Part shown: positions 37,434-53,400 of the stretch, one piece after another
How the letters are laid out: each line of letters begins with the position of its first letter
Position numbering within the stretch: the stretch's first letter is position 1
Assembly (NCBI GenBank): GCA_964057225.1
Contig: OZ059895.1
Coordinates: 21,948,001-22,012,000 of the forward strand
Reading direction: 5' to 3'
Source: Auanema rhodensis
Taxonomy: Eukaryota > Animalia > Nematoda
DNA: 64,000 nucleotides
The notes under the pieces: model-generated
The model's input: only the letters and a program-made list of their open reading frames with translations
Told to the model about the DNA's origin: nothing
Databases searched by the model: none
Translations under genes and position numbers: made by a program

Positions 37434-40400
37434 ATGCTAATTAAGTGTACACATGATGTGCACTTGGTATGTAACTCGCTTCAAGTGAAAGATAAAGAGA
37501 TGCGGTTTTCAAAATTAGATTTCGCATGTCCATATTAGTCTAAAAACAAATTTTTATTGATATTGGTGCATGGTAACCATGACTTTGAAATTTACGTGAA
37601 CTTTAATTTATGCTAATTAAGTGTACACGTGATGTGCACTTGGTATGTAACTCGCTTCACGTCAAAGATAAAGAGATGCGGTTTTCAAAATTAGATTTCG
37701 CATGTCCATATAAGTCTAAAAACAAATTTTTATTGATATTGGTGCATGGTAACCATGACTTTGAAATTTACGTGAACTTTAATTTATGCTAATTAAGTGT
37801 ACACATGCTGTGCACTTGGTATGTAACTAGCTTCACGTCAAAGATAAAGAGATGCGGTTTTCAAAATTAGATTTCGCATGTCCATATAAGTCTAAAAACA
37901 AATTTTTATTGATATTGGTGCATGGTAACCATGACTTTAAAATTTACGTGAACTTTAATTTATGCTAATTTAGTGTACACATGATGTGCACTTGGTATGT
38001 AACTCGCTTCACGTCAAAGATAAAGAGATGCGGTTTTCAAAATTAGATTCCCCATGTCCATATTAGTCTAAAAACAAATTTGTATTGATATTGGTGGATG
38101 GTAACCATGACTTTGAAATTTACGTGAACTTTAATTTATGCTAATTAAGTGCACACATGATGTGCACTTGGTATGTAACTCGCTTCACGTCAAAGATAAA
38201 GAGATGCGGTTTTCAAAATTAGATTCCCCATGTCCATATTAGTCTAAAAACAAATTTTTATTGATATTGGTGCATGGTAACCATGACTTTAAAATTTACG
38301 TGAACTTTAATTTATGCTAATTAAGTGTACACATGATGTGCACTTGGTATGTAACTCGCTTCAAGTGAAAGATAAAGAGATGCGGTTTTCAAAATTAGAT
38401 TTCGCATGTCCATATTAGTCTAAAAACAAATTTTTATTGATATTGGTGCATGGTAACCATGACTTTGAAATTTACGTGAACTTTAATTTATGCTAATTAA
38501 GTGTACACGTGATGTGCACTTGGTGTGTAACTCGCTTCACGTCAAAGATAAAGAGATGCGGTTTTCAAAATTAGATTTCGCATGTCCATATAAGTCTAAA
38601 AACAAATTTTTATTGATATTGGTGCATGGTAACCATGACTTTGAAATTTACGTGAACTTTAATTTATGCTAATTAAGTGTACACATGCTGTGCACTTGGT
38701 ATGTAACTCGCTTCACGTCAAAGATAAAGAGATGCGGTTTTCAAAATTAGATTCCCCATGTCCATATTAGTCTAAAAACAAATTTTTATTAATATTGGTG
38801 CATGGTAACCATGACTTTGAAATTTACGTGAACTTTAATTTATGCTAATTAAGTGTACACGTGATGTGCACTTGGTATGTAACTTGCTTCACGTGAAAGA
38901 TAAAGAGATGCGGTTTTCAAAATTAGATTTCGCATGTCCATATTAGTCTAAAAACAAATTTTTATTGATATTGGTGCATGGTAACCATGACTTTGAAATT
39001 TACGTGAACTTTAATTTATGCTAATTAAGTGTACACATGATGTGCACTTGGTATGTAACTCGCTTCAAGTGAAAGATAAAGAGATGCGGTTTTCAAAATT
39101 AGATTTCGCATGTCCATATTAGTCTAAAAACAAATTTTTATTGATATTGGTGCATGGTAACCATGACTTTAAAATTTACGTGAACTTTAATTTATGCTAA
39201 TTTAGTGTACACATGATGTGCACTTGGTATGTAACTCGCTTCACGTCAAAGATAAAGAGATGCGGTTTTCAAAATTAGATTCCCCATGTCCATATTAGTC
39301 TAAAAACAAATTTTTATTGATATTGGTGGATGGTAACCATGACTTTGAAATTTACGTGAACTTTAATTTATGCTAATTAAGTGTACACATGATGTGCACT
39401 TGGTATGTAACTCGCTTCAAGTGAAAGATAAAGAGATGCGGTTTTCAAAATTAGATTTCGCATGTCCATATTAGTCTAAAAACAAATTTTTATTGATATT
39501 GGTGCATGGTAACCATGACTTTGAAAATTACGTGAACTTTAATTTATGCTAATTAAGTGTACACGTGATGTGCACTTGGTATGTAACTCGCTTCACGTCA
39601 AAGATAAAGAGATGCGGTTTTCAAAATTAGATTTCGCATGTCCATATAAGTCTAAAAACAAATTTTTATTGATATTGGTGCATGGTAACCATGACTTTAA
39701 AATTTACGTGAACTTTAATTTATGCTAATTTAGTGTACACATGATGTGCACTTGGTATGTATTTCGCTTCACGTCAAAGATAAAGAGATGCGGTTTTCAA
39801 AATTAGATTCCCCATGTCCATATTAGTCTAAAAACAAATTTGTATTGATATTGGTGGATGGTAACCATGACTTTGAAATTTACGTGAACTTTAATTTATG
39901 CTAATTAAGTGCACACATGATGTGCACTTGGTATGTAACTCGCTTCACGTCAAAGATAAAGAGATGCGGTTTTCAAAATTAGATTCCCCATGTCCATATT
40001 AGTCTAAAAACAAATTTTTATTGATATTGGTGCATGGTAACCATGACTTTAAAATTTACGTGAACTTTAATTTATGCTAATTAAGTGTACACATGATGTG
40101 CACTTGGTATGTAACTCGCTTCAAGTGAAAGATAAAGAGATGCGGTTTTCAAAATTAGATTTCGCATGTCCATATTAGTCTAAAAACAAATTTTTATTGA
40201 TATTGGTGCATGGTAACCATGACTTTGAAATTTACGTGAACTTTAATTTATGCTAATTAAGTGTACACGTGATGTGCACTTGGTGTGTAACTCGCTTCAC
40301 GTCAAAGATAAAGAGATGCGGTTTTCAAAATTAGATTTCGCATGTCCATATAAGTCTAAAAACAAATTTTTATTGATATTGGTGCATGGTAACCATGACT

Positions 40401-43400
40401 TTGAAATTTACGTGAACTTTAATTTATGCTAATTAAGTGTACACATGCTGTGCACTTGGTATGTAACTCGCTTCACGTCAAAGATAAAGAGATGCGGTTT
40501 TCAAAATTAGATTCCCCATGTCCATATTAGTCTAAAAACAAATTTTTATTAATATTGGTGCATGGTAACCATGACTTTGAAATTTACGTGAACTTTAATT
40601 TATGCTAATTAAGTGTACACGTGATGTGCACTTGGTATGTAACTTGCTTCACGTGAAAGATAAAGAGATGCGGTTTTCAAAATTAGATTTCGCATGTCCA
40701 TATTAGTCTAAAAACAAATTTTTATTGATATTGGTGCATGGTAACCATGACTTTGAAATTTACGTGAACTTTAATTTATGCTAATTAAGTGTACACATGA
40801 TGTGCACTTGGTATGTAACTCGCTTCAAGTGAAAGATAAAGAGATGCGGTTTTCAAAATTAGATTTCGCATGTCCATATTAGTCTAAAAACAAATTTTTA
40901 TTGATATTGGTGCATGGTAACCATGACTTTGAAATTTACGTGAACTTTAATTTATGCTAATTAAGTGTACACGTGATGTGCACTTGGTATGTAACTCGCT
41001 TCACGTCAAAGATAAAGAGATGCGGTTTTCAAAATTAGATTTCGCATGTCCATATAAGTCTAAAAACAAATTTTTATTGATATTGGTGCATGGTAACCAT
41101 GACTTTGAAATTTACGTGAACTTTAATTTATGCTAATTAAGTGTACACATGCTGTGCACTTGGTATGTAACTAGCTTCACGTCAAAGATAAAGAGATGCG
41201 GTTTTCAAAATTAGATTTCGCATGTCCATATAAGTCTAAAAACAAATTTTTATTGATATTGGTGCATGGTAACCATGACTTTAAAATTTACGTGAACTTT
41301 AATTTATGCTAATTTAGTGTACACATGATGTGCACTTGGTATGTAACTCGCTTCACGTCAAAGATAAAGAGATGCGGTTTTCAAAATTAGATTCCCCATG
41401 TCCATATTAGTCTAAAAACAAATTTGTATTGATATTGGTGGATGGTAACCATGACTTTGAAATTTACGTGAACTTTAATTTATGCTAATTAAGTGCACAC
41501 ATGATGTGCACTTGGTATGTAACTCGCTTCACGTCAAAGATAAAGAGATGCGGTTTTCAAAATTAGATTCCCCATGTCCATATTAGTCTAAAAACAAATT
41601 TTTATTGATATTGGTGCATGGTAACCATGACTTTAAAATTTACGTGAACTTTAATTTATGCTAATTAAGTGTACACATGATGTGCACTTGGTATGTAACT
41701 CGCTTCAAGTGAAAGATAAAGAGATGCGGTTTTCAAAATTAGATTTCGCATGTCCATATTAGTCTAAAAACAAATTTTTATTGATATTGGTGCATGGTAA
41801 CCATGACTTTGAAATTTACGTGAACTTTAATTTATGCTAATTAAGTGTACACGTGATGTGCACTTGGTGTGTAACTCGCTTCACGTCAAAGATAAAGAGA
41901 TGCGGTTTTCAAAATTAGATTTCGCATGTCCATATAAGTCTAAAAACAAATTTTTATTGATATTGGTGCATGGTAACCATGACTTTGAAATTTACGTGAA
42001 CTTTAATTTATGCTAATTAAGTGTACACATGCTGTGCACTTGGTATGTAACTCGCTTCACGTCAAAGATAAAGAGATGCGGTTTTCAAAATTAGATTCCC
42101 CATGTCCATATTAGTCTAAAAACAAATTTTTATTAATATTGGTGCATGGTAACCATGACTTTGAAATTTACGTGAACTTTAATTTATGCTAATTAAGTGT
42201 ACACGTGATGTGCACTTGGTATGTAACTTGCTTCACGTGAAAGATAAAGAGATGCGGTTTTCAAAATTAGATTTCGCATGTCCATATTAGTCTGAAAACA
42301 AATTTTTATTGATATTGGTGCATGGTAACCATGACTTTGAAATTTACGTGAACTTTAATTTATGCTAATTAAGTGTACACATGATGTGCACTTGGTATGT
42401 AACTCGCTTCAAGTGAAAGATAAAGAGATGCGGTTTTCAAAATTAGATTTCGCATGTCCATATTAGTCTAAAAACAAATTTTTATTGATATTGGTGCATG
42501 GTAACCATGACTTTAAAATTTACGTGAACTTTAATTTATGCTAATTTAGTGTACACATGATGTGCACTTGGTATGTAACTCGCTTCACGTCAAAGATAAA
42601 GAGATGCGGTTTTCAAAATTAGATTCCCCATGTCCATATTAGTCTAAAAACAAATTTTTATTGATATTGGTGGATGGTAACCATGACTTTGAAATTTACG
42701 TGAACTTTAATTTATGCTAATTAAGTGTACACATGATGTGCACTTGGTATGTAACTCGCTTCAAGTGAAAGATAAAGAGATGCGGTTTTCAAAATTAGAT
42801 TTCGCATGTCCATATTAGTCTAAAAACAAATTTTTATTGATATTGGTGCATGGTAACCATGACTTTGAAAATTACGTGAACTTTAATTTATGCTAATTAA
42901 GTGTACACGTGATGTGCACTTGGTATGTAACTCGCTTCACGTCAAAGATAAAGAGATGCGGTTTTCAAAATTAGATTTCGCATGTCCATATAAGTCTAAA
43001 AACAAATTTTTATTGATATTGGTGCATGGTAACCATGACTTTAAAATTTACGTGAACTTTAATTTATGCTAATTTAGTGTACACATGATGTGCACTTGGT
43101 ATGTAACTCGCTTCACGTCAAAGATAAAGAGATGCGGTTTTCAAAATTAGATTCCCCATGTCCATATTAGTCTAAAAACAAATTTGTATTGATATTGGTG
43201 GATGGTAACCATGACTTTGAAATTTACGTGAACTTTAATTTATGCTAATTAAGTGCACACATGATGTGCACTTGGTATGTAACTCGCTTCACGTCAAAGA
43301 TAAAGAGATGCGGTTTTCAAAATTAGATTCCCCATGTCCATATTAGTCTAAAAACAAATTTTTATTGATATTGGTGCATGGTAACCATGACTTTAAAATT

Positions 43401-44121
43401 TACGTGAACTTTAATTTATGCTAATTAAGTGTACACATGATGTGCACTTGGTATGTAACTCGCTTCAAGTGAAAGATAAAGAGATGCGGTTTTCAAAATT
43501 AGATTTCGCATGTCCATATTAGTCTAAAAACAAATTTTTATTGATATTGGTGCATGGTAACCATGACTTTGAAATTTACGTGAACTTTAATTTATGCTAA
43601 TTAAGTGTACACGTGATGTGCACTTGGTGTGTAACTCGCTTCACGTCAAAGATAAAGAGATGCGGTTTTCAAAATTAGATTTCGCATGTCCATATAAGTC
43701 TAAAAACAAATTTTTATTGATATTGGTGCATGGTAACCATGACTTTGAAATTTACGTGAACTTTAATTTATGCTAATTAAGTGTACACATGCTGTGCACT
43801 TGGTATGTAACTCGCTTCACGTCAAAGATAAAGAGATGCGGTTTTCAAAATTAGATTCCCCATGTCCATATTAGTCTAAAAACAAATTTTTATTAATATT
43901 GGTGCATGGTAACCATGACTTTGAAATTTACGTGAACTTTAATTTATGCTAATTAAGTGTACACGTGATGTGCACTTGGTATGTAACTTGCTTCACGTGA
44001 AAGATAAAGAGATGCGGTTTTCAAAATTAGATTTCGCATGTCCATATTAGTCTAAAAACAAATTTTTATTGATATTGGTGCATGGTAACCATGACTTTGA
44101 AATTTACGTGAACTTTAATTT
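37434..44121. repeat. 19-monomer (3344 bp) tandem block duplication within satellite C
   Basis: Offsets 37610/40954, 38490/41834, 39546/42890 and 40250/43594 are all +3344. The rare AACTAGC variant occurs at about 37825 and 41169, and GGTGTGT variants are paired in the same way. Confidence 0.85.
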
Positions 44122-44473
44122 ATGCTAATTAAGTGTACACATGATGTGCACTTGGTATGTAACTCGCTTCACGTCAAAGATAAAGAGATGCGGTTTTCAA
44201 AATTAGATTTCGCATGTCCATATTAGTCTAAAAACAAATTTTTATTGATATTGGTGCATGGTAACCATGACTTTAAAATTTACGTGAACTTTACTTTATG
44301 CTAATTTAGTGTACACATGATGTGCACTTGGTATGTAACTCGCTTCACGTCAAAGATAAAGAGATGCGGTTTTCAAAATTAGATTCCCCATGTCCATATT
44401 AGTCTAAAAACAAATTTTTATTGATATTGGTGGATGGTAACCATGACTTTGAAATTTACGTGAACTTTAATTT

Positions 44474-47400
44474 ATGCTAATTAAGTGTACACATGATGTG
44501 CACTTGGTATGTAACTCGCTTCAAGTGAAAGATAAAGAGATGCGGTTTTCAAAATTAGATTTCGCATGTCCATATTAGTCTAAAAACAAATTTTTATTGA
44601 TATTGGTGCATGGTAACCATGACTTTGAAAATTACGTGAACTTTAATTTATGCTAATTAAGTGTACACGTGATGTGCACTTGGTATGTAACTCGCTTCAC
44701 GTCAAAGATAAAGAGATGCGGTTTTCAAAATTAGATTTCGCATGTCCATATAAGTCTCAAAACAAATTTTTATTGATATTGGTGCATGGTAACCATGACT
44801 TTGAAATTTACGTGAACTTTAATTTATGCTAATTAAGTGTACACATGCTGTGCACTTGGTATGTAACTCGCTTCACGTCAAAGATAAAGAGATGCGGTTT
44901 TCAAAATTAGATTCCCCATGTCCATATTAGTCTAAAAACAAATTTTTATTAATATTGGTGCATGGTAACCATGACTTTAAAATTTACGTGAACTTTAATT
45001 TATGCTAATTAAGTGTACACGTGATGTGCACTTGGTATGTAACTCGCTTCACGTGAAAGATAAAGAGATGCGGTTTTCAAAATTAGATTCCCCATGTCCA
45101 TATTAGTCTAAAAACAAATTTTTATTAATATTGGTGCATGGTAACCATGACTTTAAAATTTACGTGAACTTTAATTTATGCTAATTAAGTGCACACATGA
45201 TGTGCACTTGGTATGTAACTCGCTTCACGTCAAAGATAAAGAGATGCGGTTTTCAAAATTAGATTTCGCATGTCCATATTAGTCTAAAAACAAATTTTTA
45301 TTGATATTGGTGCATGGTAACCATGACTTTAAAATTTACGTGAACTTTAATTTATGCTAATTTAGTGTACACATGATGTGCACTTGGTATGTAACTCGCT
45401 TCACGTCAAAGATAAAGAGATGCGGTTTTCAAAATTAGATTCCCCATGTCCATATTAGTCTAAAAACAAATTTTTATTGATATTGGTGGATGGTAACCAT
45501 GACTTTGAAATTTACGTGAACTTTAATTTATGCTAATTAAGTGCACACATGATGTGCACTTGGTATGTAACTCGCTTCACGTGAAAGATAAAGGGATGCG
45601 GTTTTCAAAATTAGATTTCGCATGTCCATTTTAGTCTAAAAACAAATTGTTATTGATATTGGTGCATGGTAACCATGACTTTAAAATTTACGTGAACTTT
45701 AATTTATGCTAATTAAGTGTACACATGATGTGCACTTGGTATGTAACTCGCTTCAAGTGAAAGATGAAGAGATGCGGTTTTCAAAATTAGATTTCGCATG
45801 TCCATATTAGTCTAAAAACAAATTTTTATTGATATTGGTGCATGGTAACCATGACTTTGAAAATTACGTGAACTTTAATTTATGCTAATTAAGTGTACAC
45901 GTGATGTGCACTTGGTATGTAACTCGCTTCACGTCAAAGATAAAGAGATGCGGTTTTCAAAATTAGATTTCGCATGTCCATATAAGTCTCAAAACAAATT
46001 TTTATTGATATTGGTGCATGGTAACCATGACTTTGAAATTTACGTGAACTTTAATTTATGCTAATTAAGTGCACACATGATGTGCACTTGGTATGTAACT
46101 CGCTTCACGTGAAAGATAAAGGGATGCGGTTTTCAAAATTAGATTTCGCATGTCCATATTAGTCTAAAAACAAATTGTTATTGATATTGGTGCATGGTAA
46201 CCATGACTTTAAAATTTACGTGAACTTTAATTTATGCTAATTAAGTGTACACATGATGTGCACTTGGTATGTAACTCGCTTCAAGTGAAAGATAAAGAGA
46301 TGCGGTTTTCAAAATTAGATTTCGCATGTCCATATTAGTCTAAAAACAAATTTTTATTGATATTGGTGCATGGTAACCATGACTTTGAAATTTACGTGAA
46401 CTTTAATTTATGCTAATTAAGTGTACACGTGATGTGCACTTGGTATGTAACTCGCTTCACGTCAAAGATAAAGAGATGCGGTTTTCAAAATTAGATTTCG
46501 CATGTCCATATAAGTCTAAAAACAAATTTTTATTGATATTGGTGCATGGTAACCATGACTTTGAAATTTACGTGAACTTTAATTTATGCTAATTAAGTGT
46601 ACACATGCTGTGCACTTGGTATGTAACTCGCTTCACGTCAAAGATAAAGAGATGCGGTTTTCAAAATTAGATTTCGCATGTCCATATAAGTCTAAAAACA
46701 AATTTTTATTGATATTGGTGCATGGTAACCATGACTTTAAAATTTACGTGAACTTTAATTTATGCTAATTTAGTGTACACATGATGTGCACTTGGTATGT
46801 AACTCGCTTCACGTCAAAGATAAAGAGATGCGGTTTTCAAAATTAGATTCCCCATGTCCATATTAGTCTAAAAACAAATTTTTATTGATATTGGTGGATG
46901 GTAACCATGACTTTGAAATTTACGTGAACTTTAATTTATGCTAATTAAGTGCACACATGATGTGCACTTGGTATGTAACTCGCTTCACGTGAAAGATAAA
47001 GGGATGCGGTTTTCAAAATTAGATTTCGCATGTCCATATTAGTCTAAAAACAAATTGTTATTGATATTGGTGCATGGTAACCATGACTTTAAAATTTACG
47101 TGAACTTTAATTTATGCTAATTAAGTGTACACATGATGTGCACTTGGTATGTAACTCGCTTCACGTCAAAGATAAAGAGATGCGGTTTTCAAAATTAGAT
47201 TCCCCATGTCCATATTAGTCTAAAAACAAATTTTTATTGATATTGGTGGATGGTAATCATGACTTTGAAATTTACGTGAACTTTAATTTATGCTAATTAA
47301 GTGTACACATGCTGTGCACTTGGTATGTAACTCGCTTCACGTCAAAGATAAAGAGATGCGGTTTTCAAAATTAGATTTCGCATGTCCATATAAGTCTAAA

Positions 47401-50400
47401 AACAAATTTTTATTGATATTGGTGCATGGTAACCATGACTTTAAAATTTACGTGAACTTTAATTTATGCTAATTTAGTGTACACATGATGTGCACTTGGT
47501 ATGTAACTCGCTTCACGTCAAAGATAAAGAGATGCGGTTTTCAAAATTAGATTCCCCATGTCCATATTAGTCTAAAAACAAATTTTTATTGATATTGGTG
47601 GATGGTAACCATGACTTTGAAATTTACGTGAACTTTAATTTATGCTAATTAAGTGCACACATGATGTGCACTTGGTATGTAACTCGCTTCACGTGAAAGA
47701 TAAAGGGATGCGGTTTTCAAAATTAGATTTCGCATGTCCATATTAGTCTAAAAACAAATTGTTATTGATATTGGTGCATGGTAACCATGACTTTAAAATT
47801 TACGTGAACTTTAATTTATGCTAATTAAGTGTACACATGATGTGCACTTGGTATGTAACTCGCTTCACGTCAAAGATAAAGAGATGCGGTTTTCAAAATT
47901 AGATTCCCCATGTCCATATTAGTCTAAAAACAAATTTTTATTGATATTGGTGGATGGTAATCATGACTTTGAAATTTACGTGAACTTTAATTTATGCTAA
48001 TTAAGTGCACATATGATGTGCACTTGGTATGTAACTCGCTTCACGTCAAAGATAAAGAGATGCGGTTTTCAAAATTAGATTCCCCATGTCCATATTAGTC
48101 TAAAAACAAATTTTTATTGATATTGGTGGATGGTAACCATGACTTTGAAATTTACGTGAACTTTAATTTATGCTAATTAAGTGCACACATGATGTGCACT
48201 TGGTATGTAACTCGCTTCACGTGAAAGATAAAGGGATGCGGTTTTCAAAATTAGATTTCGCATGTCCATATTAGTCTAAAAACAAATTGTTATTGATATT
48301 GGTGCATGGTAACCATGACTTTAAAATTTACGTGAACTTTAATTTATGCTAATTAAGTGTACACATGATGTGCACTTGGTATGTAACTCGCTTCAAGTGA
48401 AAGATAAATAGATGCGGTTTTCAAAATTAGATTTCGCATGTCCATATTAGTCTAAAAACAAATTTTTATTGATATTGGTGCATGGTAACCATGACTTTGA
48501 AATTTACGTGAACTTTAATTTATGCTAATTAAGTGTACACGTGATGTGCACTTGGTATGTAACTCGCTTCACGTCAAAGATAAAGAGATGCGGTTTTCAA
48601 AATTAGATTTCGCATGTCCATATAAGTCTAAAAACAAATTTTTATTGATATTGGTGCATGGTAACCATGACTTTGAAATTTACGTGAACTTTAATTTATG
48701 CTAATTAAGTGTACACATGCTGTGCACTTGGTATGTAACTCGCTTCACGTCAAAGATAAAGAGATGCGGTTTTCAAAATTAGATTCCCCATGTCCATATT
48801 AGTCTAAAAACAAATTTTTATTAATATTGGTGCATGGTAACCATGACTTTGAAATTTACGTGAACTTTAATTTATGCTAATTAAGTGTACACGTGATGTG
48901 CACTTGGTATGTAACTTGCTTCACGTGAAAGATAAAGAGATGCGGTTTTCAAAATTAGATTTCGCATGTCCATATTAGTCTAAAAACAAATTTTTATTGA
49001 TATTGGTGCATGGTAACCATGACTTTGAAATTTACGTGAACTTTAATTTATGCTAATTAAGTGTACACATGATGTGCACTTGGTATGTAACTCGCTTCAA
49101 GTGAAAGATAAAGAGATGCGGTTTTCAAAATTAGATTTCGCATGTCCATATTAGTCTAAAAACAAATTTTTATTGATATTGGTGCATGGTAACCATGACT
49201 TTAAAATTTACGTGAACTTTAATTTATGCTAATTTAGTGTACACATGATGTGCACTTGGTATGTAACTCGCTTCACGTCAAAGATAAAGAGATGCGGTTT
49301 TCAAAATTAGATTCCCCATGTCCATATTAGTCTAAAAACAAATTTTTATTGATATTGGTGGATGGTAACCATGACTTTGAAATTTACGTGAACTTTAATT
49401 TATGCTAATTAAGTGCACACATGATGTGCACTTGGTATGTAACTCGCTTCACGTGAAAGATAAAGGGATGCGGTTTTCAAAATTAGATTTCGCATGTCCA
49501 TTTTAGTCTAAAAACAAATTGTTATTGATATTGGTGCATGGTAACCATGACTTTAAAATTTACGTGAACTTTAATTTATGCTAATTAAGTGTACACATGA
49601 TGTGCACTTGGTATGTAACTCGCTTCAAGTGAAAGATAAAGAGATGCAGTTTTCAAAATTAGATTTCGCATGTCCATATTAGTCTAAAAACAAATTTTTA
49701 TTGATATTGGTGCATGGTAACCATGACTTTGAAAATTACGTGAACTTTAATTTATGCTAATTAAGTGTACACGTGATGTGCACTTGGTATGTAACTCGCT
49801 TCACGTCAAAGATAAAGAGATGCGGTTTTCAAAATTAGATTTCGCATGTCCATATAAGTCTCAAAACAAATTTTTATTGATATTGGTGCATGGTAACCAT
49901 GACTTCGAAATTTACGTGAACTTTAATTTATGCTAATTAAGTGTACACATGCTGTGCACTTGGTATGTAACTCGCTTCACGTCAAAGATAAAGAGATGCG
50001 GTTTTCAAAATTAGATTCCCCATGTCCATATTAGTCTAAAAACAAATTTTTATTAATATTGGTGCATGGTAACCATGACTTTAAAATTTACGTGAACTTT
50101 AATTTATGCTAATTAAGTGTACACGTGATGTGCACTTGGTATGTAACTCGCTTCACGTGAAAGATAAAGAGATGCGGTTTTCAAAATTAGATTCCCCATG
50201 TCCATATTAGTCTAAAAACAAATTTTTATTGATATTGGTGCATGGTAACCATGACTTTAAAATTTACGTGAACTTTAATTTATGCTAATTAAGTGCACAC
50301 ATGATGTGCACTTGGTATGTAACTCGCTTCACGTCAAAGATAAAGAGATGCGGTTTTCAAAATTAGATTTCGCATGTCCATATTAGTCTAAAAACAAATT

Positions 50401-53400
50401 TTTATTGATATTGGTGCATGGTAACCATGACTTTAAAATTTACGTGAACTTTAATTTATGCTAATTTAGTGTACACATGATGTGCACTTGGTATGTAACT
50501 CGCTTCACGTCAAAGATAAAGAGATGCGGTTTTCAAAATTAGATTCCCCATGTCCATATTAGTCTAAAAACAAATTTTTATTGATATTGGTGGATGGTAA
50601 CCATGACTTTGAAATTTACGTGAACTTTAATTTATGCTAATTAAGTGCACACATGATGTGCACTTGGTATGTAACTCGCTTCACGTGAAAGATAAAGGGA
50701 TGCGGTTTTCAAAATTAGATTTCGCATGTCCATTTTAGTCTAAAAACAAATTGTTATTGATATTGGTGCATGGTAACCATGACTTTAAAATTTACGTGAA
50801 CTTTAATTTATGCTAATTAAGTGTACACATGATGTGCACTTGGTATGTAACTCGCTTCAAGTGAAAGATAAAGAGATGCGGTTTTCAAAATTAGATTTCG
50901 CATGTCCATATTAGTCTAAAAACAAATTTTTATTGATATTGGTGCATGGTAACCATGACTTTGAAAATTACGTGAACTTTAATTTATGCTAATTAAGTGT
51001 ACACGTGATGTGCATTTGGTATGTAACTCGCTTCACGTCAAAGATAAAGAGATGCGGTTTTCAAAATTAGATTTCGCATGTCCATATAAGTCTCAAAACA
51101 AATTTTTATTGATATTGGTGCATGGTAACCATGACTTTGAAATTTACGTGAACTTTAATTTATGCTAATTAAGTGTACACATGCTGTGCACTTGGTATGT
51201 AACTCGCTTCACGTCAAAGATAAAGAGATGCGGTTTTCAAAATTAGATTCCCCATGTCCATATTAGTCTAAAAACAAATTTTTATTAATATTGGTGCATG
51301 GTAACCATGACTTTAAAATTTACGTGAACTTTAATTTATGCTAATTAAGTGTACACGTGATGTGCACTTGGTATGTAACTCGCTTCACGTGAAAGATAAA
51401 GAGATGCGGTTTTCAAAATTAGATTCCCCATGTCCATATTAGTCTAAAAACAAATTTTCATTGATATTGGTGCATGGTAACCATGACTTTAAAATTTACG
51501 TGAACTTTAATTTATGCTAATTAAGTGTACACATGATGTGCACTTGGTATGTAACTCGCTTCACGTCAAAGATAAAGAGATGAGGTTTTCAAAATTAGAT
51601 TCCCCATGTCCATATTAGTCTAAAAACAAATTTTTATTGATATTGGTGCATGGTAACCATGACTTTAAAATTTACGTGAACTTTAATTTATGCTAATTAA
51701 GTGTACACATGATGTGCACTTGGTATGTAACTCGCTTCACGTCAAAGATAAAGAGATGCGGTTTTCAAAATTAGATTCCCCATGTCCATATTAGTCTAAA
51801 AACAAATTTTTATTGATATTGGTGGATGGTAACCATGACTTTGAAATTTACGTGAACTTTAATTTATGCTAATTAAGTGCACACATGATGTGCACTTGGT
51901 ATGTAACTCGCTTCACGTGAAAGATAAAGGGATGCGGTTTTCAAAATTAGATTTCGCATGTCCATTTTAGTCTAAAAACAAATTGTTATTGATATTGGTG
52001 CATGGTAACCATGACTTTAAAATTTACGTGAACTTTAATTTATGCTAATTAAGTGTACACATGATGTGCACTTGGTATGTAACTCGCTTCAAGTGAAAGA
52101 TAAAGAGATGCGGTTTTCAAAATTAGATTTCGCATGTCCATATTAGTCTAAAAACAAATTTTTATTGATATTGGTGCATGGTAACCATGACTTTGAAAAT
52201 TACGTGAACTTTAATTTATGCTAATTAAGTGTACACGTGATGTGCATTTGGTATGTAACTCGCTTCACGTCAAAGATAAAGAGATGCGGTTTTCAAAATT
52301 AGATTTCGCATGTCCATATAAGTCTCAAAACAAATTTTTATTGATATTGGTGCATGGTAACCATGACTTTGAAATTTACGTGAACTTTAATTTATGCTAA
52401 TTAAGTGTACACATGCTGTGCACTTGGTATGTAACTCGCTTCACGTCAAAGATAAAGAGATGCGGTTTTCAAAATTAGATTCCCCATGTCCATATTAGTC
52501 TAAAAACAAATTTTTATTAATATTGGTGCATGGTAACCATGACTTTAAAATTTACGTGAACTTTAATTTATGCTAATTAAGTGTACACGTGATGTGCACT
52601 TGGTATGTAACTCGCTTCACGTGAAAGATAAAGAGATGCGGTTTTCAAAATTAGATTCCCCATGTCCATATTAGTCTAAAAACAAATTTTCATTGATATT
52701 GGTGCATGGTAACCATGACTTTAAAATTTACGTGAACTTTAATTTATGCTAATTAAGTGTACACATGATGTGCACTTGGTATGTAACTCGCTTCACGTCA
52801 AAGATAAAGAGATGAGGTTTTCAAAATTAGATTCCCCATGTCCATATTAGTCTAAAAACAAATTTTTATTGATATTGGTGCATGGTAACCATGACTTTAA
52901 AATTTACGTGAACTTTAATTTATGCTAATTAAGTGTACACATGATGTGCACTTGGTATGTAACTCGCTTCACGTCAAAGATAAAGAGATGCGGTTTTCAA
53001 AATTAGATTCCCCATGTCCATATTAGTCTAAAAACAAATTTTTATTAATATTGGTGCATGGTAACCATGACTTTGAAATTTACGTGAACTTTAATTTATG
53101 CTAATTAAGTGTACACGTGATGTGCACTTGGTATGTAACTTGCTTCACGTGAAAGATAAAGAGATGCGGTTTTCAAAATTAGATTTCGCATGTCCATATT
53201 AGTCTAAAAACAAATTTTTATTGATATTGGTGCATGGTAACCATGACTTTGAAATTTACGTGAACTTTAATTTATGCTAATTAAGTGTACACATGATGTG
53301 CACTTGGTATGTAACTTGCTTCACGTGAAAGATAAAGAGATGCGGTTTTCAAAATTAGATTTCGCATGTCCATATTAGTCTAAAAACAAATTTTTATTGA